From contig RHPI01001921.1 in assembly GCA_009103225.1 (NCBI GenBank), forward strand, positions 122,719 to 186,718: a DNA stretch of 64,000 nt, given 5' to 3'. Below, in pieces: positions 37,298 to 48,319 of this stretch. Both the position numbers and the translations under genes were made by a program. The notes under the pieces are model-generated. The model had not been told where the DNA came from. It made no database searches and saw only the letters and a program-made list of their open reading frames with translations. This stretch comes from Chlorokybus atmophyticus. Its lineage: Eukaryota; Plantae; Mesostigma and Chlorokybus algae. The stretch's first letter is position 1; each line of letters opens with the position of its first letter.

Positions 37298-37693
37298 ATG
37301 ATCATACAAGAGTCCAAGGTAATCCTACAATACGGCAGAGGACTTTGTGAGCGCGCGCGAGACGTCTGCGTATACAGAATAGTAAGAGTGTGCGCGCGTG
37401 TGTAGCGACGGTGTGTGCTTGTCTCTGCAGATCACGCATGGCACGGTATCTTACAAACGCATCTATTTGTTCCGCAACCTTGCGAGACCTCCTTCGAGGA
37501 CTTCCAGCAGCAAGTGCGCAGGATGTTCTGTTCGCTTGAATATTGCGACATTCAACTCAAGTACTACAGCATTGCTGGGGAGGCCAATGTCCTCAACGGT
37601 GATGAGGGCTGGCACGATTTGTGGCAGCATGTGCTGGACTTTGGAGTGGCGTTCTTGGATCATCCATTGAGGATCATTGTGGAGACTCGGTGA
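37298..37693 (+). pseudogene. Two-exon stand-alone PB1-like gene, copy B (frameshifted)
   Basis: Exon 1 37298-37318 MIIQESK|GT; exon 2 from 37431 ITHGTVSYKRIYLFRN, then a frameshift to CETSFEDFQQQVRRMF...IQLKYYSIAGEANVLNGDEGW...LRIIVETR*. Confidence 0.62.
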
Positions 37694-37899
37694 GCCGTGA
37701 TGTGCATGTGACGTCTTGGTCTTTCCGCCTGAGTGGAAGATGAAGCAAAGTGTGACACTCTGTGCTCAGGGCTGGGGGCCAATGACAATCATCACAGGGC
37801 GAATTGTCGTGGTGATGCAAGTTGGCTGTGTGGCTCAATGGCAAGAATGACATGTCTAGTCAAGACTGGCAAGTACAGGGCTGGCACATGCTGACTGAA

Positions 37900-38315
37900 C
37901 TTCTAGTAAGACTTGCAGTAAGACTTGAAGTCTGGAGGGCTGGCTGTTGGACAGCCTCCAGAGACCTTCATAACACAAGGCTGTTAGAAACCGCAGACTC
38001 AACTGAGTTGCTCCGGCTGCTTCTGCATCAGCTTTGCAGCTGCACAGCTGTCCTTGTTTCAGTTAGCCTAGCTGACACAACGAACTTAAGCTCGGCAACA
38101 TCCGCTTCTGACCCATCACCAACCATGTGGAGAAAGCAACTAGCGTCCAGGTTATATACACGGCCAGTATCGCACGACTCCTCCTTTCCACTTCCTTTCT
38201 CCTGGCAATCCTGGTTGAGCTGCTGGTGTACTTGACACGCAACCTTGGCGCCAGTGACAACAGATGCTGTAGTGTCATTGTGACAATGCATCTGTAGCAT
38301 GCAACGCTGTCTCCT
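37900..38315 (-). mobile_element. Degenerate copia-like fragment, second copy
   Basis: Translation includes VYNLDASCFLHMVGD, similar to the copia W.LDSG.S.HM.G motif. Confidence 0.45.
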
Positions 38316-38558
38316 CCATCCCTCGCAGGCCCCACCCATAAACCTCCTTAAGTGTTGGGAGTTTGTCAAGCTCTGCCCACCTGTGTCCTGAGCAACAAGT
38401 TCTCCTTCAACAGGACTGCACACTGTATTATGCTTGCATCAGCACGGTCATACGCCCTATGTTTGGCCCTAGCCACATGTTGCCCAAGCACTGCTTCAAC
38501 TTGCAGCTAACAGGCAAGAGAGACTGATCCATCATCATCATCATCATCACAGCACAAC

Positions 38559-38926
38559 TCACCTAGTCGCCACCACGACACGCACCGGTTGTTCCAGAAA
38601 CGCCGCGTGGGCCTCTCCAAACTCTCGCACATGGTGCCCCAGCGCTTGCCAGTCCTCTTCATTGTTGAGACTCCTGGCCTCCCCAGCGAGGTTGAAGTAC
38701 TTCAGCCGGATGTCAAAGGCTTGCAAGCCTAACCAGCCAGCGCACTTGATGCTGAAACTCCCCGAAGGAGAGTTCGCAGAGGCCGTTGTGGAATCTGTAT
38801 TGGCGATTGCAAGTCTCCGTGCTTTATACGTGATCTGCAGACACACAGCCCCTTTCTCTCTCTCTCTACACACACACATACAGCTGTTTTGCATCAAGAT
38901 CTTACCTTGAAGTCTTGTGTCACCAT
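38559..38926 (-). CDS. Two-exon stand-alone PB1-like gene, copy C (open after splicing)
   Basis: Exon 1 38926-38906 MVTQDFK|GT; exon 2 from 38834 ITYKARRL...FDIRLKYFNLAGEARSLNNEEDWQAL...PVRVVVATR*. Confidence 0.55.
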
Positions 38927-40518
38927 GCCCATGATGCGTGTACTGGGCCCTGCTCATGCGCATGCACGACGGGTGCTGGGATGAGATGCTCATGTGTACA
39001 CAAACACATGCGGGAGAGACTTTACCTTGACTTGCTGCGTGTGTCGTCCGCAAGCACACCCTTGCAAGGTTACCCTTTCTCCCCGATGATCCTGACGGAA
39101 GCCCATACCATTGTCAGTTGAAGGGCTCACACAAACATGTTGATTTGGCGCATTGTGAAAAACTGGTCAGGTCGCTGAACATGTGAATGGAGTTCCTGAA
39201 CAAGCATGCATACACTACAACAACACGCATGCAGTCATCCAACATGCATTTCTTGTTGCAGACGCAACGGCATTACACTAACATACAATGGGGACACTGA
39301 GCCGCAAGAGGTTCCGGAAAAGAAGGCCGCCGCCGCCGCCGTCACAAGGACGAAGCAGAACGCTGACAGCAACTGAATCCCCACAAGGCAAGAGAAAGCA
39401 CATGTATGCTAGCAGTTGAAAGAGTATCTGCTACATGTCGGGATGCGGCTGAGGTCATCACGCCTTATTTGAACACAAGTGAGGTCGTCAAGTGACGCCT
39501 TCTAGTGTTCAAGCAAGTGAGTCGCGCTCATCAAGCCAGCCTCACTTGAGCAGCAAGTTGATGGGCTGACTTCAAAGTGTGAAGTATGGCATCATCAAGC
39601 CGTGACTTGATTGCATGCGGTCTCATCAAGCATCAAGTAAGGCTTACCCGAAGGTCATCATGACCTTCGCTTGGTGATGTGGCATCAATGCGTGCATGTC
39701 TGGTTGGTGTCGCGACGGTCATGTTATGATGGTGGAATGCTGGTGTTGTCAAACTCCTGTATGATGGCAAGCAGGTTGGGGTTTGATGCTGCTCTCTACC
39801 AGCATTCCCCAGATTTTGTGAAAGGAGCAGCTCGGGGGTCCTCAGCTTGCGTACGCAAGTGACAGGTGTTTGCGCATCTGCCTACCTATCATAGTGGTAG
39901 TTGATTGAATGGCACTCTCCTCTCTGGCTGCAGCTCAAGTGAACCATACCGGTACTCCTGCATGTTTGGCTGTGCTTTGTGTGTGTCTCGTGTGCCTGCC
40001 TAAGTTGCTGTCAGCCTGACTGCTTCGTCCTTGTGGCGGCGTCCTCCTCCAGAACCTCCTCAGGGCTGCTGCCAGCTCAGCGCCCCTCTCCTACGCCCGC
40101 CCCCCCNNNNNNNNNNNNNNNNNNNNNNNNNNNNNNNNNNNNNNNNNNNNNNNNNNNNNNNNNNNNNNNNNNNNNNNNNNNNNNNNNNNNNNNNNNNNNN
40201 NNNNNNNNNNNNNNNNNNNNNNNNNNNNNNNNNNNNNNNNNNNNNNNNNNNNNNNNNNNNNNNNNNNNNNNNNNNNNNNNNNNNNNNNNNNNNNNNNNNN
40301 NNNNNNNNNNNNNNNNNNNNNNNNNNNNNNNNNNNNNNNNNNNNNNNNNNNNNNNNNNNNNNNNNNNNNNNNNNNNNNNNNNNNNNNNNNNNNNNNNNNN
40401 NNNNNNNNNNNNNNNNNNNNNNNNNNNNNNNNNNNNNNNNNNNNNNNNNNNNNNNNNNNNNNNNNNNNNNNNNNNNNNNNNNNNNNNNNNNNNNNNNNNN
40501 NNNNNNNNNNNNNNNNNN

Positions 40519-40555
<37 letters not shown>

Positions 40556-41345
40556 TGTGTGCGCGTGCGCGTGTGTGGCTGTCTTTGTGCGACATGCAGG
40601 TTGTTGTAGTGCATGCATTAGCGTGTGCGCGTGTGTATGCATGCATGCACAAGTTCACATGCTGTTCAGCCCAGGAGCAACAGAAGGCCAAAGCAACTGG
40701 CCCCAAGGTTGCATGTGGAATACAGCAGCAGCTGAAGCCAGAATTGCCTACGAGTATGATTGAGCTGGGGATGCTTTTGCTCAGGGTTATCACAGGTAAC
40801 AGGAATGCAGCAACACAGGCCGTGCGTGCAGTAACCATGCTTCCATTATATGGTTGACGCTTGCTGCGCTGCTCCGAGGCCACCACACTGCGGTTGGCAG
40901 TCCTGTTAATGTGTGCTCTTGGACCGTCGATTGTGAGCAATAGAGAGACGGTTTCAGCATAGCAAGAGTGTGGGGAGGAGGAGGGCAGATGGGAGGGAGG
41001 GAGGGTTGGAGATAACGCTACAGAATGCCTTGTCACGATGACACATTGTGCACGTCACCTGTGCCAAGGGATGCGCTTTGCGACTGAACCTGTGGCTCAC
41101 TACACGTTTCATGAAGACAATACAACGCAGCCAGCGTGTCTATACAGGGCAAAGTGCAATTGCGCTAGACTACTAGTACTCATAACACGTCTTCTAGCAT
41201 TGAGTCTGCATCGCACAGTCTACACGTTACGTCTCCCTTTCAAGCAAGCTACAGCTCGCCCTCAACTCAAACTTGTCCAACTACATCCCTATGCAACCCC
41301 AATACCAATCTACCTCCCGTTGCTATCTCTGTGATGATGTATACC

Positions 41346-42760
41346 TCAGTCCCTCCTCTCGTACACGACGTTCATGAACTCATCAACTGCCTCCACGTAC
41401 ACCAGCGGGTTGTAGTGCCGCGCGTCGATGGCGTGCTCGCACACCGCGTCGAGGATGGTGAACGTCAACCACTGGCGTACCAACGGTGGCTGCAGAAGCG
41501 TGAGAGTGAATGAAGCTGTTACCCATGGGATGCAAGATGAGGTGCATACCTGAACTCTGGTCGCTGTAAGAGAGTGGACATCGTCGCGTGGTTCCGGATG
41601 ATGTGGCCGTTCAAACGCCAGGTGCAGGTGCCCGTAGTGCCACTGCCAAACAATGTGGTCTAGCACCAGAAACACAAAGTGGCACAGTAGACGCAATGTT
41701 GTTGTGGTGGTGGTGGTGGTCGCTGTCGTCGTTGGTATCCTTATTGTCACCGGTGCGTGCACGCGCATGCGCGTGTGAAAACCCATCACTCACCGTTTGC
41801 TAGCCCAGAATGGAGGCGCATACACCCCACACGAGCTTCGTCTTCTTATCCCTGAAGAACTCTTGAATCGCTCTAATCAACAACGGCGCGTACTTTTCAT
41901 ACTCTTCAGGTTCCCTCGACTGCGCGTCCCAAATCCCCGCTCATCGCGAACACGTTGGGTGTGTCAATATCCAGCAGGCCCAGCTCCTCTCACACCTGCG
42001 TGGTGTTGGCGTACCGGTCGAAGGATATCGGGCAGAAGAAGGTCTGGGAGAGGTCATGTTGGGATGGGTCAACTCTATGCTATACGGCGTGTGCATCGGG
42101 AGGGAGTTACTGACCCAATCTTGCTGAGATTGCCTACTCACTGAACTCATCTGCCCAGCCGCCTGCAGGAAGAGCAAATATTCACATTCACACTCTGCAC
42201 GTCGTCTGCGTTTGTGCGCGCGTGTACATGATAGGCATGTGCACACACGCACAAACCCACCCTAACACAAATGCACACGCACGCATGCTGCCACCGTAAC
42301 ATACCCCTTATATACACATGCACACGCACGCACAAATGCACGCACACGCGCGCACGACATACGCGCGTGTACATGTTATCACACAACGACATCCACTGCT
42401 ACTTAAGCAAGAGTGCAGTTTACCAGCACGATGGTCTCAGTGAGGAGCATCATGAGACTGTCCCCCACAACATGAATGCGTTGGCAGCCGCCCGCGCACT
42501 TGGCGGCCTTCGCAACCAGCCCTGGTTGGTAAAGCTGTGAGGCGGGAGCGAGCCCGTGACACCGCCACTCTATGCGCTTCTTTGCCGGGAGCCTCATATG
42601 TAAGCATACATACACACGCGCGTGTACGTAACGGTGCGCACATGTGCATGCATCCGTGTGCATATACATTTACACATACGCCTTTGTCTACCACGCTCTC
42701 GCAATCATGATGATACTCACTGGTGTCTTTCCCCCTATCAAGATTATCAGGAGCGTCCAT
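41346..42760 (-). CDS. SGNH/GDSL-like (PC-esterase/TBL-like) protein; 5' end uncertain
   Basis: IHVVGDSLMMLL (GDS nucleophile block), FAMSGIWDAQ, C-terminal AIDARHYNP (DxxH) and several Cys; multiple GT-AG introns. Confidence 0.55.
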
Positions 42761-43444
42761 GCCTTGACAGAGAGAAGACCTTAGTTGTCCAAGAATAGCC
42801 ACTGTAGACCTTAGAACACAGATGTTGTTGTAGTACATAGCATGGCGAAGGGACAGACATGGAGGCGCGTGTTGGGGGTTGTGGGTGGAAGTGGGGAAAG
42901 AGAGGCAGTGGGATAGTGGGTGGGGACCCAAAGTGGTGAAGAGGGGGCGGGGCCGAGAGTGATGAGCTTTTGTGCGGAAACTGACTGGGTGCGTGCGTGT
43001 GTTGTGTAATGCGCGCGCTCGTGGCGCACAGGCATGATTTTGTGCGTATGTGTGGGTACTTACGCATATGTTGGGCTTGGGCTCTCAGCACCTTTCAAAC
43101 TGAGGCTGATGCTTCTGTGGGACGAAGATGATTGGGTGCCATGTTATTGTTACAGAGCAAACATCTGTGGGCAACCCCCATCAGTGGAATCAAGAATAAC
43201 AGACCCATTAGCAAAATTGGTACAATCCTATACGCTGCAAGTTTAACAGTAACAACGCAACCCCCTCAACCACAAGCTACTGCTTTTAACCCCAGAGGGC
43301 CTGGATGCTATCCTACATGTCCTACAAGCCTGAAAAGGGAAACTAGCAGCATTAGCCAACAGTCATAAGGAAAGGGAAAATGATGGAAGAGAAAGAGAGA
43401 TGCTGAGATCTATCTATCTATCTATCAAACTGTGTACTTTAAGC

Positions 43445-44535
43445 CTACAGGCAGTTGGGCTTTGTTATGACGATGATGTGGTCGGGATCGTAGTGGGGTG
43501 CATCGGCGATGTAAGTAAAGAACTTGATTTTGAACTGGCACTTGGTAACATGCCCAATGGCGAATGCGGGGTTGCCCTCACCATCACCGCGGTTGTTGTT
43601 GTAGATGACCGTGCTGGTCAACAACATCAAGTAGTCAGTAACATTGACTATATAAAGTACAGCACCACAAAGAGAGAAAGAGGAGGGTCCAAGAGGGTCC
43701 AACATCTCCCTACCTGTAGTCGTTGGTGTCCTTGAATCCCGCAATGCCGTCCGCGTACTGCACGAGTCCTCCGCTCCCCGTCGTGACAAACTGCGTGGCC
43801 CCCGCATCGTGGACCTGATAGAAGCGCCCCTGCTTCACACCCGCGTGACGAGGGTCCGCGTGCGTCAGCGTGTGGTCGTGGCCGTTCAACCACGCGCTCA
43901 CATTGTACTGGTCAATCAGGCTCTCGACCTGTTCGAGTAGAGTGGGTGAGTGGTGATGGGAGAGATAGACAAAGTGATGCCACACTCATGTCGTGTGTGT
44001 ACTTACGCTGGCCCATGCGCCGCACTGTCCGGGGAATCCGTTGCTCGCGGTGGGTGAGCTGGATCCATACTGCGTGTCGGAGCCCCACAGTGGGAAGTGC
44101 GTGCTGACGGCCTTCCAGTCGCTGAGCTTGTCCTCGAAGGTGGACAGACAGGATTTCAGCCAGGGGATCTGCGGACAGAGTGGGTGGGTGGGTGGGGAGG
44201 TCAGGAGAGAGAGAGAGAGAGAGAGAGACCATCATCACACCTGGCCAGTGGCGGTGGAGGAGATGTCGTTGATGAAGCTCGCATTGGCGGGAGGGACAGT
44301 GCATACTCCTGTCGTCGGGTCTGCGTAGGCCTTGGCATCCGAGTTCAAAAACTCCGGGGTGGAGGTGGTGATGAACTCCTCGTGGTAGTACGTGTGCTTT
44401 GCGGGGTTGTTGTACTTGACAATGAAGGGGACGGTATCAAAGAAGGCCACGGAGAAGGTGACGCCGGAGGAGGACTCAAACTGCCTTGCATAGTAACGGG
44501 AGGGGAAGACCCAGCTGCAGCACACACAAAATGCA

Positions 44536-44609
<74 letters not shown>

Positions 44610-44639
44610 NNNNNNNNNNNNNNNNNNNNNNNNNNNNNN

Positions 44640-44686
<47 letters not shown>

Positions 44687-45696
44687 CAGCACACCTCAGA
44701 CAGCAGCACTCTCTCGCATGCATGCATGTGTGCGCACACATGCATGCACATGCGCACAGACCCACACAGCTTGCACGCAACACAGCACACTTACTTCTTG
44801 TCCACGTAGTGATGGGCCAGCTGAATCTCCACGCTCTTTGGCAGTCCCACGTCGTGGTTGCCGATGACATTGTACCACTTGAGGTCCTTGATGTAGGGCG
44901 TCTTCGAAGTCTGGTACACGTCGTGCCAATCGGTCTGAAGCCGGTTCAGACCCGTCTCGGGAGCGTCAGCGCCGCAGGGGTAGAAGCTGTGGGCATGTGT
45001 GTGTATGTGAGACAGAGAAAGCGTGCACTACACTACACTGATGAGGGGCGAAGTGCGAGAGTCAGTCAGGGTGGAGGTACAGCTTGTGGTGTGTGTGTGT
45101 GCACGCGCATACTACTTACTTGTCGCCTGTGTTGATGATGAACTGGCAGCCCTCTTTCGCGCAGGCCTTGTCGAGGAGCTGCGCGGTGTCAATCTGCTGG
45201 GGACCACCAAGGACATCCGTGAAGTCGAAGTCATCGTTGTTGTTCACACTTTGAAGCTGGATGTGAGGGGAGCACAGACAGATGTCAGTGCATGCCATGC
45301 ACCTGTCCATGCACACAGAGTCACATAGACAGAGCATGCAGTCTTTATGCATGCAGCTGGTCCCTCCACTCGAGTTCATACCGAGGAGCAGCAGTACTGT
45401 TCCGAGGCGCAGAGGTCCTCCGTGACCTTGTTCATAATACTGTACTCCGCCTTCACCCTGCCCCAATCTGCATGCAACACACACTTAAAGCCATGCACGA
45501 GCTCTCTTCCCTCCCCTTTCACTCTCTGTGTCTATCTCTCTCTCTCACCCCCAATGATGGCGAAGGTGAGGTCAGGCGTGTCAAACTTGACTTTCTTGGC
45601 GCCGCACTTGGGCAGCGCTGACACGCCATTGCCGCCAAGGAGCACAACCAGGGCAACCACCGCCACCAGCACCCCAGCCCTCGCCATCGCCGCCAT
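43445..45696 (-). CDS. Secreted purple acid phosphatase (type 5/ACP5-like metallophosphoesterase)
   Basis: Signal peptide; FAIIG|DWG, FIINTGD|NFY, WYNVIGNHD, W.FPSRYY, FFDTVPF, VSTHFPLW, AWLNGHDH, FVTTGSGG. All five PAP metal-binding blocks are present. Confidence 0.9.
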
Positions 45697-45806
45697 CGCC
45701 GCCACCACCGCCGACAAGGACAAAGACACCGACAAGGAACCGGACGTCTACTGTGTGTTTATATCCGCGCGACAAGGTAACACAATTCCCCGGTAACCCG
45801 AAGTCT

Positions 45807-45842
45807 TCATGACGTTTTCTGTCATGACAGAAAACGTCATGA
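45807..45842. promoter_or_regulatory. Perfect 36-bp palindrome about 110 bp upstream of the phosphatase start codon
   Basis: TCATGACGTTTTCTGTCATGACAGAAAACGTCATGA equals its own reverse complement. The palindrome is certain; its function is unknown. Confidence 0.5.
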
Positions 45843-47982
45843 GGCAGCTTTGTCCCCCTTTACTCAATGGAGCGCAAAGTAGCAGACCTTATTGAACATG
45901 TCACGTTGACAATCGATAAATCTGCCTCGGCCTGTTCCGCACTTTAATAAGTTAACTAAGTTAAATACGCCTCAACGTTATCATTTTGACCATCATCATT
46001 GCTTTCGCTTCAAGGACGGCGACAGCATCTCTCGCCAGCGGTCGTGCAGAGCAGTGTGTCCGGTGCAGTACAGGGTATCAGCTCGGGGCTGGATTCGGCG
46101 ACTCACGGGACTTCGCCGGCGAAGTCCGGCGCTGCGAGATGCGGGAGGGAATCTTGTGCTGCATTTCGCGGCGCATAGGGAAGATTCCACCGCTACATAG
46201 CATGCACCATCATGACGGCGGAGAGGACACACTTTGTATTGTCCCCCACACAGTGCGACGAGGGGCCACATCGTGTGACTCGTGTGACTCACATGTAGAT
46301 ATGGGCGGGGGGGAGGGGAGTCTGTCTAGTGACACACAAGTTTAACTGACATGAACTTGTTGTGCCAGTATGTTCTTGAGAGAATGGATGGTGTTGCTTA
46401 TCATAGTTATTGTCAACATAATAGAGATGGATGATCACGTTAAGATTCAACTACTCACATCAAGTTGCTATATGATTTGAATGACATAATGGATTCACTT
46501 CGTGTCTTCAATGCTCCATTAGTGTCCTATTGCATAAGCCGCGACTTAGGGCTTGTTTGATACCCACTGAGAGGGTCCGTGTTTTTACAAGTGTAATTTA
46601 AAATGTACTATGTGAATGGGTAGGATTAGATATGATGTGCAAAACCTTTTTAACACAATGATAGCCGTTATGTGTACTCAACACGTATGGTTAAATAGTG
46701 AATTTTAGGTAACATACCGAACATGTAATTAATTATGAACCATCATGCGCGAGCATTCTTGATAATGTGCATATACGTTCAAGATTATTGCTTAACGTAC
46801 ATGTTAATATTTAACCAGCCCCCTTGAGCTTTCGTGATGTGCCGCATATGGAAAATTGAATTAGATGAAAATAAAATACAATAAAAATGGCATGAACCTG
46901 ATACTAGGTGCGCAAATAAACATGGCATGTATTTATTGGCACACATTAGCAATGTTGCAAGCTTAAAGCCACTGCCTTGAGTATGCTGCAGCGGCATGTG
47001 TTATACACGTTTACACATCATGTCATGCTATGCTGACATTAATGGCATAGATTTAATATTTAATGGGTGTTGCATTCATAGCCCATGAAGCCAAGCATCA
47101 ATGTTTTTGTCTTGCCTCTCAGGTTTTTTGTTTTATTAAAATATGTCGCACAAGGCGTAATATGCACAACCTTATGGCCCAAAATAAATGCCCCCCCTTC
47201 CCTTTCTTTCCGTATAAAGAAAAGGATAGTTGCTTATGGCTACACATCTCAGCACATGCACGCAGTGTACATGTGTGCAACACATCAGGTGTTGCACACA
47301 TGTACACTGACAGCTGCGACGTAACTGTACAAGTGTGCACAAGTAAGCACACACAGACATACACACGTGAGTGCGCAGGCGCATGCACACGAACAAATAC
47401 TCATAATCACGCACACGCGCCATCATTGTCGTCCACCGTTATCAACGTCAACAAGTGCTTCTAGTACACCACAGAAACTAACATGGACATAGCCAATTGG
47501 CATACATGGACACAATTGGTAGAAGTGCAACATGTACTTATGCACACCCAAAAGTTGAACTACACATGTATCCATCCAATACCCGAACATGCAAGTTTGA
47601 TGAGAGAGACAGAAAGAGTGTCCTTCAACGCTTATTGTGTGGTTTACTGCAATTTGCGCCCGCCGCATCGAAGAGTGTAGCCACAAACTGGTGGCGGCAT
47701 CATCATCAGGATTACCGCCAGCGCTACAGCGCCCGCGCGGCTCATGCACCGTCACTGTAAAGATGGAGCTGGACATGAGCACTTGTGCTCCGGTTGATGA
47801 CAGTAATTGCTGCTCTCATCTGTGTTTTCAGATATCTGTCTACCGCTCGCTATCCTGTACGTCATTGGAGCTGTAAGGTGTGCTCGAGCACAGCTCATAG
47901 CCCCTCATCAATTACAAATGGTTAACAGCGATATAGTAAGCAAGTGCTAAGCTTACTTATAACCAGTGTTTGGACACAGCAA

Positions 47983-48030
<48 letters not shown>

Positions 48031-48163
48031 NNNNNNNNNNNNNNNNNNNNNNNNNNNNNNNNNNNNNNNNNNNNNNNNNNNNNNNNNNNNNNNNNNNNNN
48101 NNNNNNNNNNNNNNNNNNNNNNNNNNNNNNNNNNNNNNNNNNNNNNNNNNNNNNNNNNNNNNN

Positions 48164-48199
<36 letters not shown>

Positions 48200-48319
48200 G
48201 GATGTGCCTTTGCTCTGCAACCTACTGACTGCACGCATGCACCACGATGTACCACGTACGCTCCCTGCAAAATTCAATCGCGTTACGCTGCTATGGCATA
48301 ATACAGTATACCTCCTCTT

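Noticed and set aside
39300-41040. Possible gene fragments around the 40 kb gap
   Set aside because: No consistent spliced frame or recognisable domain.
46769-46776. P1BS-like GCATATAC about 1 kb upstream of the phosphatase
   Set aside because: A single degenerate 8-mer is expected by chance at this distance.
47400-47880. Exon-like pieces (e.g. DICLPLAILYVIGA)
   Set aside because: They cannot be joined into a credible gene; insufficient evidence.
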